Made by a program: the position numbers and the translations under genes. The notes beneath the pieces were generated by a model, which worked only from the letters and a program-made list of their open reading frames with translations, searched no databases and was not told where the DNA came from. Of a DNA stretch of 64,000 bases, positions 29,350 through 40,733 are shown one piece after another. The stretch is from Diplonema japonicum (taxonomy: Eukaryota; Protista; Euglenozoa: Diplonemea): positions 186,001 through 250,000 of the forward strand of contig OZ025673.1 in NCBI GenBank assembly GCA_964019335.1, written 5' to 3'. Position 1 is the stretch's first letter; every line of letters begins with the position of its first letter.

Positions 29350-31921
29350 CTATTTCTTGGGACTCGACTTGTTGGCCCATCTGGTGTTCGCCTTCCACGC
29401 CGCAAATTTCGTTTTCCCAATCGCGAACTTATCTTTTACAAAAGTTTGCATTTTGTTCTGCGACACGCGCGAGATGAGTGCCTGCATACGCACTTCGGTC
29501 TCAGGATCGGGGTCCTTGGCAGCCTCTTCGAACTTTGTTGAGAGAATACAATTCTTCCTTCTGAGCCCTGCACGGACTATTGCTCTGTCTTGTTCCTCTT
29601 GCAGCACACCGTACCACCCTACAACTTCGAACACACACGTGTTCAGCTCTTCGCCTTGCTCTGCTGCCGCTATTTTCTTAGCTATCTCCGTCATGCCCCC
29701 TAGCGTCTGCGGCGTAGTGGTGCGCCCCGTTGCTGTTTAAGTTTTTGGTTGAATCATTGCATACCAGAGTAGTACTGCGTCAGGAAGGAGACCACTTGGT
29801 CAACTTCTGAGAGGGGCATGTTGCGCATGACCCATTCGAGCACCTCCGAGACCTCTTCAACAGGCAGCACACAGCACCACATGGCATCTAGCGTACCTTC
29901 ACACAGTTTATACTGCTTAGGTGTCAGGGAGCTCACTACCACGACACCTTTACTCTTTGCTGCTTCGAGCAGATCCACTGTAGGAAGCGTTCCTAATGTG
30001 TGTGAAACGAAAGTAAGCAAAAGTTAAGTCATACCCCCGTCGAGGTGCAGCATGAGGTCCTCAAAATTGTACTCTTCGTACTTGCTGTCCTTTGCTTCGC
30101 CCTTCAGCCAGGCCTCCACGTTCCAGATCTCCCTCTGCGGGACCTGCAGCACTGTCTTGTTCGCGATCGTCGCGTAGCACTCCCCCAGCGCAGACTTGTG
30201 ACTCGAAGGCCCGACAAGGATAGCATACCCACAGCGCTGCAGGGAGCTGAACACAGCAAACAGGTGTCTTATAAACGTTGATGTGAAGCATTTATTCTGC
30301 GAAACAGGTTGGCGGCAATATTTTTTCCCCATTCAAATACCTTTACACTGGACGTGTCGCCTTCAAAATCACGGCACACCCAGCCAATGCGGAAGTCAAA
30401 CACCTTGGCTGCAGTTGTCTGTACCAGATTGGTTTTGTGGTTCAGGTCCATCCACGGGCCTAACTCATGGCAAGGGAAGCAAGCCTCCCATATCTTTAGA
30501 ACAGCCTCTGTCTCAGGGCACCGGGATAAAACACGGTATAAGCCGTCCACCATGATGTCGCCCTTGTTAGGAATGTGCCCCATGATTAACGGTCCAACAC
30601 CTAAGCCTTCCTCCTTCAGATACGGGGCGACCTCAGGCGACTCTAGCAGGCTCACCAAAGCGTTTGCCCACCTCTGTGCCAGGCTGTATTTGTTCTCGTT
30701 GTCCCTCAAGATGGACAGTTCTAGGACGGTTTTCAAGACATCTGGGTTTTTAATCTGGCATACAGGAGTCCTGTACTCCACCTCCTGTGCTCTTGAAGAG
30801 ATTTCTTGGAGGAGCTCCGGGGACGCTGCCTCGCTATCGGACACTCTGCATGGCTGGCTCCAGCCCATGAGCACAGATAAGATTTTGATGAGTTCCGTCC
30901 GCCAGCAAGGGTCTAAACAAGTTGAGATGTTCTCGTAGAGGGTGAGAAGGAGGTGGCTGAAGGTGCCCCGTTCGACAGGTAATATGGCTTCTAGGAACCA
31001 CCTACGTGACAGGTACTCAGGATGGTCGGTGACGAGGAAGGTGAGCACGGAATTCTTGTGGACAAAGCGTGCCTTTGTGAGGATAGGGGGGAGGAGAGTA
31101 GACGTGATGAGGTATGAGTGCGGGAGACCCGACACAGCGTTCAGAATGGAGATGGTGTGCTCCGAGGTGCTGTCGATTGATAACTGGCGGCCCCAGTCGT
31201 TTGCGAATTCCTCCGCCTCGTACTCGTTGAGTACCTCGAGGACGCTGCAGCAAGCATCGACTGCTGCCTCGCGCCAGCAGGACTGGATGTACTGGGCGGA
31301 GGAGATCTTCGCATCAGACCACATGATAACGCCATCGGAAACATTGTTCTCGTCTGTGATGGGGATCGACTCGCTCTCGGTGGTGACGGCAACAGGGCAC
31401 AGCGGTGCCGAGGCATGGATGATGAGCCCCTCGACACCTTCTGCAATGACATACGGCGCTCCTCCGTGATTAGCAAGGATCTTCGTCAGCAGCAGCGTCT
31501 CGTCGACGGACCCACGGCTGTCCGTGTTCTCCATAACGTCCTTCAGGGTTTTGAAGGAGTTCACCCCAGGTATTCTCTTCAACTTACAGCTTTTAATCTC
31601 CGCAGTGCAGCTGTCAGTTTGGAATTTCGAGCCATCGATGAACAGCTTGTCCACTATGTATTCCAGGTCATCCTTAGTGGCCTGCTCCGAAGCAGCAACG
31701 ACGCACCACATGGACAGCATCGTTACTTCGAACTCTTTTTCAAACAGCAGATCATGCACCCTTCCCAGTGCGACCACAGCTTGGCTCCAACTTTCCCGGT
31801 CGTCCTGCCATCCTAAGTCTACAAACAACGACCCATGCAGCATTTTCACGCCCTGCTCCGGTGAACCGCTCGCTATCAGGTCGATGGCGACCTCGGCTTC
31901 CTTGACGCCCTGCCAAGGCAT
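29350..31921 (-). CDS. Hypothetical protein; 4 exons, 817 aa
   Basis: Four adjacent ORFs are joined in frame by introns 30340-30297 (GTATT), 30034-29993 and 29764-29733 (GTATG). Confidence 0.78.
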
Positions 31922-32033
31922 GATGGGCGCACTCCTGCATGTGGGGGTGAAGATCGCCAACGAGAAAACAGGACGAAACACTAGAAGGGATGGGGGAAGG
32001 GTCGCAAATAAAAATGAAAGAAAAGAAGCACGT

Positions 32034-33487
32034 CTACTTAACACGGACGAGCTGCGGGCGTGTCGCAAGCCCTTCGCTGGCACCAGTACCGTCCTCGGCA
32101 TTGCCGATGTCCTGTATGCGAGGGACGGATTGCAGATCATACATCTTGTCGATCTGTTTGGTTGTGTTATTCTTATTATCATCACCCTCCTTTGCATACC
32201 ATCTGGGGATCAAGGGGCTTGATGACTCCCTTGTCGTTGAGGAAGATGTGGAACTGCACGATGAACTCGTTCGACTGCTCCCTGCCCCTCTTGTTGTAGC
32301 TGGTCTGCGACCATTCCTTGGTGTCTTCGTCCATCTGGGACATCGTCTTCTCACGGAGCTTCTTAAGCTTCTGGTTGAGCTGCTCGGGGAACAGCATTTC
32401 AGTATCGGGGGGTGCGTAAACAGGCCCATCAGGGCTCATCCCGATCATCGTTTTCGAAGTGTCGACCTTGAAGGTCTTTTTCAACTCTGGGACGTAGATG
32501 TCCTGTATCGTGTCCAGCTCCTCAGCGGGTGGGGTGAAGATGGACGTGAAGGACTCCCACACAGTCTTGTCTTTGTTCACATTGTGTTTGGCATCAACTG
32601 CTTCCATGACTTCCTTCGCAGCGGCTTCAGCCAGCTGCGCTTCTTCCCTCAGTCTGGACTGTCGGTAGGGCATCCAGTGGGTTGTGGAGAATTCATTGAA
32701 AAGCTTTTTGTACTGTTTAAAGTCCTGCCTTGCGAACCAGATAATCTCGAGCACCTTTACCCTGTTCTGCGGGAGAATGGGGTTTGCGATACCCTGGCTT
32801 CTTAACTTGGTTCGCAGTGCCATGTACGAAGTGAACTTTACCATGAAGCCGAACACGAAAAGGTACCCCCACACCCAGAACCTGAAGAAGAAGATTCCAA
32901 CTTTGTTCCGCAGCGCGTCCTCCTTCACCACCATCTCAGGAGAGGGAATCATCTGGCTGATGATCCTGATCGCCACTCCTGTTCGGGTGTCATGAAGAAC
33001 AGGCCCGATTGGAATTTCATGGTTTCTGGAATCCATCGGAGTATTCAGCATGTGCATCGGTGCACGGACAAATCTTGGCATCCCGCCCTCCCACAGCTGC
33101 ATTTCTTTTTCCGGTTTATCTCTATATATTCTCAAATGCTCTCTTTTTTTTTCATGCTCGAGGACCCTTTCTAAGGGTACCACTGTGACCGGTTCATAAA
33201 ACCTCTCTGCTAGATCCATGTGATGGTCTATTATGTCGGTGCCCTTGCCTGTTTATTTTTCTTTTTTCTTTTTGGAGGGGGGGGGGCATACCTGGTTTGA
33301 AATCCAAAGGGATGGGACCGTCACCCGCTTCCGCTATGCTCTTCGGCCTGTCCTTGTTCACCACAACCTTGTCTGATGACTGACCCGTCATGGGACTCTT
33401 CCCTGCTTCACCTTCGGTCATACACCGAGCGCCCGTGGCCACAATGGACCCTAGCCCTATGGTCGTTCGTGCTGACACTCGTCTCAT
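32034..33487 (-). CDS. Probable mitochondrial single-pass membrane protein; 3 exons, 454 aa
   Basis: MRRVSARTT...ARC transit-like peptide; TM segment IFFFRFWVWGYLFVFGFMV. Introns 33291-33249 and 32199-32154 join three ORFs in frame. Confidence 0.82.
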
Positions 33488-33716
33488 CTCGCTTTCCTAG
33501 TGGGGCTCTTTGTGATGATAACGGTGAAAAATGAAAGGAAGAAAAAAAAATACATGTATCAAAAAAAGAGGGTACAAAAAAAATCTGAAAGCTAAACTAA
33601 AAAAGAAGACAGAAAGTACAACAATGGGAGGGGGGGGGGGGGTACAATTTAAAAAGCTCGATCTATCCAAATCCGATTTTTTAAAAAAAAAAAAAGACTT
33701 AGAGTGGAAACATCCA

Positions 33717-35956
33717 TCACGTCGAGCGAATGAGCCGGCAAGTCCGGGTCAACGCAGACCAACCATCAGCATTCTGTTTTTTTTTTTTAAAAAAAAGATA
33801 AAAATACAATGTCATACATGTTGTTCCTTGTTCTGCAGGTCTCGTTCACGCTCTAAAAGCTTCTTCCTAGAAGCGTCGAGGAGCTGCTGCTCGTGCAAGA
33901 GGGACTTGTGCATGACCTGTGACTGTTCCTGTATGTCAGCTGCTTCCATAGACTGCTCGATGTACCTCTGCTCTTTTAGTTTCAAAGCTTCTTCAAGATC
34001 CTGAAGCTCGGCCTGCTTTGCATCAAGCAGCGCAGCTTTCTCTTGGTACTCAATGGATCGTTGTTGCAGGACCTCACCTGTTTCTTCCAGCATGTCCGCT
34101 GCTTTTTTGGCGAGCTGTGGAGCAGTCAGGTTGGGGTCCACCACCATGTTCCGTCCGGAAAGGATCTTCCTGGCAGCTTCCCGGAGAAGCGATTCCCCAG
34201 ATTCGAGCTCTTTACTGAAGGCTTCGAGGTCTTCTCCTTTTTTCTCTTGTTTTGCGATCATCGCATCGAGCATGTCGTGCTTGTCTGAGAGCTTCTGCAT
34301 TCTCCCGTCCAGCCGTGTCCTCATGTCACCTTCTTCATCGTCTAACATCTGTCGGTCTTTGTGCGCGCCTTCTTCTCTCCCTGCTAAGTATGACTCTCGA
34401 TGTGACAATCTGTCTTCTCGCTCTTCTACTGCCCTCTCTCTCCTTTTCATTTCGTCTGCTTGCAGCTCCAGTCGTCGTTCGACAGCGCCCATTTCCGCTG
34501 ACAACGCAGCGCCCTTCTCTGCAACCCCTCTCCACCCTCTTCCCTCGTTCTTCTCTCGTTCGTCGAGTCGCTGCCTCAACCGTGCCAACGCTTCTTCGTG
34601 CTCCTTTATCGTGTACTCCTTATCCACCAGTGCCGACTCCAACACTTTCAGTTCTGTTTTCTTTGTCAGGTCTACCTTCAGCCGCCGGTTCTGTCGCTTC
34701 AACTCGTCCTCCAGTCCATCCAGTTCCGCCTCCTTCCCATCCAGCGCTGCTTGCCGTTCTTGTAAAAGCCGGTTCGCTTCACGAAGCTTCTGTTGCTCTT
34801 CGGGGAGCTTTGTCTGCTCGTGTTGCAGCGCCAGCAGTCTGTTCTCCAACTCGGTCAAGGACGCCTCCCGTGCGTCCAGAGCAGCTTCTCGTATCCTCGT
34901 CTGCTGTGTGCTTGCTTCGTATTTCGAGTTCAGCATGTCCTCACGTTCGTGCAAACGGCGTTCAGCGCTGGATATGGTTGCTTCCCTTTTCTTCATGCCG
35001 ACGCTACTAGGCGAAGTAGTTCGGTGTGCTGCAGGGTGACGGTGCATCCCACATTTGCTCCCGCAGCAGTAGTGGGGTGGGACAAGCTCGTTTTCAACGC
35101 TCAGTGTTTCCTCAGGTAGCGACTTGAAGGAGGTCTGTCTACCTTCCCTCCTGCGCAGTACTTCTTCTTTCTCTGCTATGTTCTTCTCGTTCCCAGTGGC
35201 GGCTATTTCCCTTGATGCCAAGATGGCCTCCCGCTGCTTCACGCGCCCGTCTCTCACGATTAGCTGCTCCTCTTTTTTCTTCAAGGCTCTCTCCCGCTTT
35301 GCGATGTCGTCAGTCGTGCTCTCCAACACCTCTTGCATCCCGTCGTTGGTCACCGCCTTGCCTTCAGCAGCGGCCTGCAATTTGCTCAGCTTCTCTTCTT
35401 TCCGACTAAGTTTGTGCTCCTTCATTGCGAGGTTGTCGTTGGCGAGGCGTTGCTCTTCGTGCAGCTCATGGAGGCTGGCTTCTTTCTTGGTGAGGTATTC
35501 ATGCCGGGAGAGGTCGCGGAGGCGAGTGCCTATCTCATCAAGGTCACGGTGCTGCTGGAGGATCTCAGGCGACATCGGAGCTGCTGGGTATGCAGGGGAT
35601 GCCGTCTGGTGGACGGGCGAAAAAGGGTTGACAGCCGGCCTCGCGGTTGCCATTGGGGAGTGGGTGAAGGGCGACTGGGGTACCGAAGGCCTTGGCCGTG
35701 TAGGTGTAATGCACCTTCGGTGCTCTGTGTAGCTTATGTCAGGCGTTCCTGTGCGTGAGCGGTTCCCGATGACGTCGGACACCTTTGTCCTGCCCATCAC
35801 CCTGAGGAAGGTCTCTCTGTCAATGGTGTCGGTGATGCCCCGTGCACCCATCTCTGTCCACAGCTTGTTAGCTGCGATGCTGGCTGCAGGCACACCGGCA
35901 GCCGACAGCATCTTGCTGAACTTGTCATAGGTCAGCTGGGACCCGACATTTTCCAT
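33717..35956 (-). CDS. Long coiled-coil protein with a degenerate EF-hand-like N-terminus
   Basis: E/R/K/L heptads. Probable terminal intron 33817-33774 (GTATG..A12CAG) adds NADGWSALTRTCRLIRST*; the unspliced stop is at 33812. Confidence 0.8.
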
Positions 35957-36079
35957 CCCTGAGTAAAATGTTGTCGAAAAAGGGGGACGAGAAAAAAAGA
36001 GAGAAGAAAAAGGACTCAAAGCCTCTACTACCATCGAGCTACCTTATACAGCAACAGAGGGCAGGAGGCAGTGTCCGCA

Positions 36080-36430
36080 TTATGTGGAGAGGGAAATCCT
36101 CTCGATCTCGGTGTCTCCCCAGAGCTTCATTTGACATGCGAGGCGAACGTCTTTTCTGAAATCCTTGCCGAAATACTTCTTCTCCTTCTCGGATGCTTGT
36201 ACCAACCTGTCCCTTTTGACGGTCACCCTGCAGTGGCCGCACTCGGCGTTTTTGCAGTTGAACGGGACACCTAGCCACTCTGCGTCTTTGATGATCTTTT
36301 TCAAAGGCGCCACACGCAATTCTTCATCTTCACACAACAGCTTTACAGTCGGCTGTGAGACAGCGGCGTAGACAGCCCTGCTGAGGAAGGATGGAGAGGG
36401 TGTCCCCATCGACGCTGGTAGGGAGGCCAT
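36080..36430 (-). CDS. 2Fe-2S ferredoxin-like protein
   Basis: PFNCKNAECGHCRV...VRLACQ = Cx4Cx2C...C. Confidence 0.88.
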   Translation of the reverse strand: MASLPASMGTPSPSFLSRAVYAAVSQPTVKLLCEDEELRVAPLKKIIKDAEWLGVPFNCKNAECGHCRVTVKRDRLVQASEKEKKYFGKDFRKDVRLACQMKLWGDTEIERISLST

Positions 36431-36617
36431 TCGCGATTTTTCTCACCCACCTCCCCCCCTCCTCACCTTTTTTTTTTTTTCATTTATAAAAACAGAGCGC
36501 TGTGAAGAATAAAAACTACTTTTTTTTTTTTTTTTTTAAACCAACCGCCCAAAGGAATTTAGCAAGATTATTTTTAGGCAGAGGCAATGAATGAGAGATT
36601 GTGTGTAAATATGAAAT

Positions 36618-37139
36618 TCAATTTAGAGCCTTGTTTATCTCAGCGGCACGAGACTCGCACACCTGCACGTATTGAGCGTTAATACGCTTGCAATCACGCA
36701 GGCCGGTGTGCGTTGTGAGTAAGTTGTCGAATATTTTAATGTGGGACAACGCCATCAACGGGGCGTGGGCAGGGGCTGCGGAGTTCATGTCGTTGTGGTG
36801 GGGCAAATGACTGGCAAGTTGTTTGACTTTAAGAGAGACAGTGTCCAGCCGTGCACACTGGGCTTCTATCCGGGTGGCCACCTCGCTACAAAGTGCCTGG
36901 AGAGCCCTTGAAACGGAGTTGCACCACTCCTGAACTATTTCTGCTGCGGTAGCCTCTTTGGTCTCAGTACTTTGAGGTGGGTTCTGAATGAGACGGGTCT
37001 TCTTAATCTTGAGTTTCTTTCCCCCCGCTGCTGCCTCCTGAACCTCCATCTTCAGGTGGTCGTGCTTTCGCTTAGCCTTTTCAAACCTAACAGCACACTC
37101 TATTAGTTTTACGAAGTCACTCGTGATCGCTGCTTGCAT
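36618..37139 (-). CDS. Hypothetical helical protein, 173 aa
   Basis: ATG after an A-rich leader; coding-like ORF. Confidence 0.72.
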   Translation of the reverse strand: MQAAITSDFVKLIECAVRFEKAKRKHDHLKMEVQEAAAGGKKLKIKKTRLIQNPPQSTETKEATAAEIVQEWCNSVSRALQALCSEVATRIEAQCARLDTVSLKVKQLASHLPHHNDMNSAAPAHAPLMALSHIKIFDNLLTTHTGLRDCKRINAQYVQVCESRAAEINKALN

Positions 37140-37777
37140 TTTATTTTCGTTTTTTTTTTTTCTTTTTGTCACTTTGCATAAAAGCTGTGGTTTTTTTTAT
37201 TAAAAAAAAAAAAAAAAAGGTAAGAAAAAAAAAATAAAAGTTGGGTTAGCCAAGAAAAAAAAAGAAAATGCACTAAACGAGAGGGGTGGGGGAAGGGGTT
37301 GAACAAAAAAAAAAAAAAAAAAGAAATGTGGGCAAAAAAAAAAGAAGAAAGAGACGAGGGTAAAGGATAAGAGGGATAGCCGTGTCTAGAAATAAATATC
37401 TTTTTTTTTTCTTCTTCCTTGTTTCATTTATTCTTTAAACAAAATGAAGAAATATAGAGAGTACAAAAGAATACAAAAGAGTGGGGGCCGATAAAAGTCT
37501 GCTATTAGGTTAGCTTTTTTTATCCCATCCTGCCCCCCCCCCCCCCCCCCCGCCCCCTCCCTCTCTTTGTGTAAAAAAAAAAGAGAAAAAAAATCTTATG
37601 TTAAAACAAATAGTTTCACACTGTTTATATCCCTCTTCTCCTTTCCTCTGTTACACACTTTAAAAAAGAAAACCGTTAAAAAATTATTTATAAGGAAATA
37701 AAAGATAAAAAAAAGGAAATCTCTAATGTTTTTTTTTCATTTTCCACCCCCCCCCATTTTTTTCTTTTTTTGTAATT

Positions 37778-38239
37778 TTATTTCGCTTCTTCTTCAGCAC
37801 CTTCCTCCTTCTTCTTCTTCTCAGCTTCCTTGGCTTCCTTTTCCTTCTCTTTTTCCTTTGCTTCTTCTTCTTCCTTGAGCTTTTTCTCCTCCTCTTCGCT
37901 CTTCAGGCGTTTCATATCAAATTTGTTGAGGATCAAGTTGTGCAGGGCTACCACAGACCGAAGCAGCGACCCGAGGTATGTCACCATCGTTTGATCATTC
38001 ACCTCAGTTGCCACTGCAGAGCTGTGGCGTATCAAGTGCAGAGACGGGAGGGAGTTAAAGATGTCTTGGATATAATACCTATGTTTTTTTTTTTTTAAAT
38101 ATTTATTTTCCACCCTCTTCATACAAAATGTTATGGTTTAAGGGGAGCTTCCCAGACACGACCATTTCCATGTAGTCTTTTATCTCGGTCAGCTTCGCGG
38201 CGATGGCCTTCATTCCATTTATCTTCTCCTTCACCTGGG

Positions 38240-38272
<33 letters not shown>

Positions 38273-39004
38273 CCCCCCTCCAAAAACCTGCGTTGCCAGC
38301 GATGAAACAGTGTAGTCCTGTATGTCCCTCAGAAGATGCACCACCCCGATTTCCTCCATCGGCGAGCACCGCAGCGTTGTGTTAAGGTGGGTAAACGTCA
38401 TCTGCGGTCCGGAGGTTTCATTCTCAATTTGCTCGACCGCCTTGTACGCCTACGGATTTTTTTTTTTTTTTTTTTTTTTTTTTCCCCCTTCTCCCCCACA
38501 GACCGTGCAAGGCATGCTCTCGGCAACATTGTCCTCTTCGACTCGGATGATGATGTAGACGGGATGGGCTGTGTAGTTTCTGACAAGCTCGTGGATCTCC
38601 ATGTCGTTCTGCTTAAGCTTGGGCCCGGTGCTGTACCAGCCTACTATGGCCTCCTTGGAGTTCACCTTTTTGAACATTGCGAACATGTCCTCAAGGTAGT
38701 GCTGGTCGAAGTACCAGATGGACGGGTTCTTGACGTCTTCTTCAAAAGGAACGGCGAAGGAGTTTGTGCAGTGAACCTTGCCGTTGACGTTGTGTCCCAG
38801 TAGCACGCCGACTACCCTCTTCCCGGCGCTCTTCGCGGCGAGCCTTGTGTAGTGGTCTACCGTGGACAGCAATGGCAAGCTGTGCATGAACACGTCGCTG
38901 GGCTCCTTCACCACCTCCACCTCAACCTCCACCTCTGCCTCATCGTCTTTTGCATCCAACCTCTCATCGTCCTTCGCAGGCTTCTCATCCTTTGCCGCGC
39001 CCAT
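37778..39004 (-). CDS. RPN8: 26S proteasome lid subunit Rpn8/PSMD7; 4 exons, 357 aa
   Basis: LLSTVDHY, RVVGVLLG, NSFAVPFEED and VGWYSTGPKL motifs. Introns 38503-38450, 38287-38235 and 38124-38079 restore EEIGVVHLLRDI, GKLPLNHNIL-YYIQDIFN and NDQTMVTYLGSLLRSVVALHNLI. Confidence 0.96.
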
Positions 39005-39357
39005 TTTTTTCTCCTTTTTTTTTTCTCCCCCTTTTTTTGTTGTTGTATCCGGTCTTTGAATTGGAGAGGGGGAGGAGAAAGAAAAAACAGAATGAGAATG
39101 GGAAAAAAAAAAAGAGGTAACTAACACACACGGAAGGATGAGGAGAATAAAAAAAAAAAGAGTAGGTCCCCCTTTTTTAAGTACTTTTTTCTTTTTTTTG
39201 ATATTAAAAAAGAAAGAACATCACCATGCCATAGATGGGGGAAAAAAAAAGGCGGGGGGAACCCTATGTCGGTGTACGGATGGGAGGGAACAAGTGTGGC
39301 AGAAGGCCTTGAAGACACTTCTTCGCTTTCGTTGAACCCAAATATAATATCCCCCGC

Positions 39358-40575
39358 TCAGAGCTTTGAAGCTTTCAACGAGGTGCCAACGGAGTCCTGG
39401 GGGAGGGTTTCGTAGCCATTTGTGGTACCGCTGCTGTACTCGGCCCAAGTGGGGTAGTCTGTGTAGCCCTTGTCAGGCCCACCGTAGAATGTAGCGCGCA
39501 CGTACTTGCTGAGGGGTGTTCCTGAGCGGAGCCTCTCGGGGAGGTCGGGGTTCGAGATGAACCATCGCCCAAAGGCGATCATGTCGTAGGTGCCCTTGGC
39601 GCAGGCCTCCTCCGCAGAGTTGGGAGTGAAACCACCAGCGCCCATCAATGTCCCTGTGTACACCTGCCGGTAGATGTCTCCGTTGATGAGGGGGATCGTG
39701 AAACCAGGATCCTTCTCCGGGGTGTCATCGTACTTGCCCATGGCCCAGCGTGGCTCAGACAAAAGCAGGTAAGCAAGCTTGAACCGGTTCAGCCCCCTCA
39801 CGGCTGTGGTGTACGTTGCGACAGGGTCCGCATCTGTGGCCCCGTGGTAGGTGACGGAGTCGGCCTTCGTGGGGGACAGGCGGACAGCAACACGCGAGGA
39901 GCCTAGCTCCGTGCACAGAGCGTCGGTCACTTCCCATAGAAGACGCGCCCTGTTCTCCGCAGAGCCGCCGTACGCATCGGTTCTCTTGTTAGTACTGGAA
40001 CACAAGAACTGGTCAAGAAGGTAGCCATGCGCAGAGTGGATCTCCACACCGTCGAATCCCGCTGCGATGGCGTTCCTCCCCGCCTGCACGTATGTTGCAA
40101 CGAGTTCCTTCATCTCGCTTGTCTCCAGTGCTCTAGGGGCAACCGCAGGCTGCGGTCCTTTGAACGTTCTCACCTTTCCACTCCACGCTACAGCTGACGC
40201 TCCCACAGGCCCCGTCCTGTCCTTCATCAGGGGGTGCTCGTTGTACGTGGGGTGGCTGATCCTCCCCATGTGCCATAGCTGGCAGAAGATCTTGCCCCCC
40301 TTCGCGTGCACAGCGTCTGTTACCGCACTCCACGCAATGGTCTGGTCGTGCGTCCAGATCCCCGGCACCTGCGGGATCCCCACGGCATCGGGCGAGATGC
40401 AGGTTGCCTCTGTTATGAGCAGCCCACCCGCCGATGCTCTCTGCGCGTAATATTCAACAGCATTAGCGCCCGGTGCAAGCGTCTCCGCGACAGCACGCAT
40501 CCTGGTGAGGGGCGCCATGGCAACCCTGTGCTTGAGGGCCATGTGCCCAACTTGGATGCTGTTGAACAACGACAT
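39358..40575 (-). CDS. Old Yellow Enzyme (NADH:flavin oxidoreductase) with C-terminal PTS1
   Basis: MAPLTRMRA, YYAQRASAGGLLITE, GFDGVEIHSAHGYLLDQF, RTDAYGGS.ENRAR and FGRWFISNPDL motifs; ends -SKL. Confidence 0.95.
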   Translation of the reverse strand: MSLFNSIQVGHMALKHRVAMAPLTRMRAVAETLAPGANAVEYYAQRASAGGLLITEATCISPDAVGIPQVPGIWTHDQTIAWSAVTDAVHAKGGKIFCQLWHMGRISHPTYNEHPLMKDRTGPVGASAVAWSGKVRTFKGPQPAVAPRALETSEMKELVATYVQAGRNAIAAGFDGVEIHSAHGYLLDQFLCSSTNKRTDAYGGSAENRARLLWEVTDALCTELGSSRVAVRLSPTKADSVTYHGATDADPVATYTTAVRGLNRFKLAYLLLSEPRWAMGKYDDTPEKDPGFTIPLINGDIYRQVYTGTLMGAGGFTPNSAEEACAKGTYDMIAFGRWFISNPDLPERLRSGTPLSKYVRATFYGGPDKGYTDYPTWAEYSSGTTNGYETLPQDSVGTSLKASKL

Positions 40576-40733
40576 CTTCTTTGCCTGCACTGCATGAGGA
40601 CAACGCCCTGATCCGAAAACCAGCAACAAAAGAAAAATAAACTATGATGGGGGAGAAGCGTTTTTTTAGCAACGAACAAAAAACTAAAACGCGACCTCAT
40701 GTAAATGAAGCCCTTCCCCTAGACATTAAAAAA

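Noticed and set aside
29350-33487. Frameshifted pseudogenes, stop-codon reassignment or programmed frameshifting
   Set aside because: Every break is resolved by a short GT-AG intron that restores the reading frame and, in the conserved genes, the family motifs.
38240-38266. Identical A27 length in three introns as a fixed molecular ruler
   Set aside because: Other introns have A12-A31, and homopolymer lengths are unreliable in assemblies.
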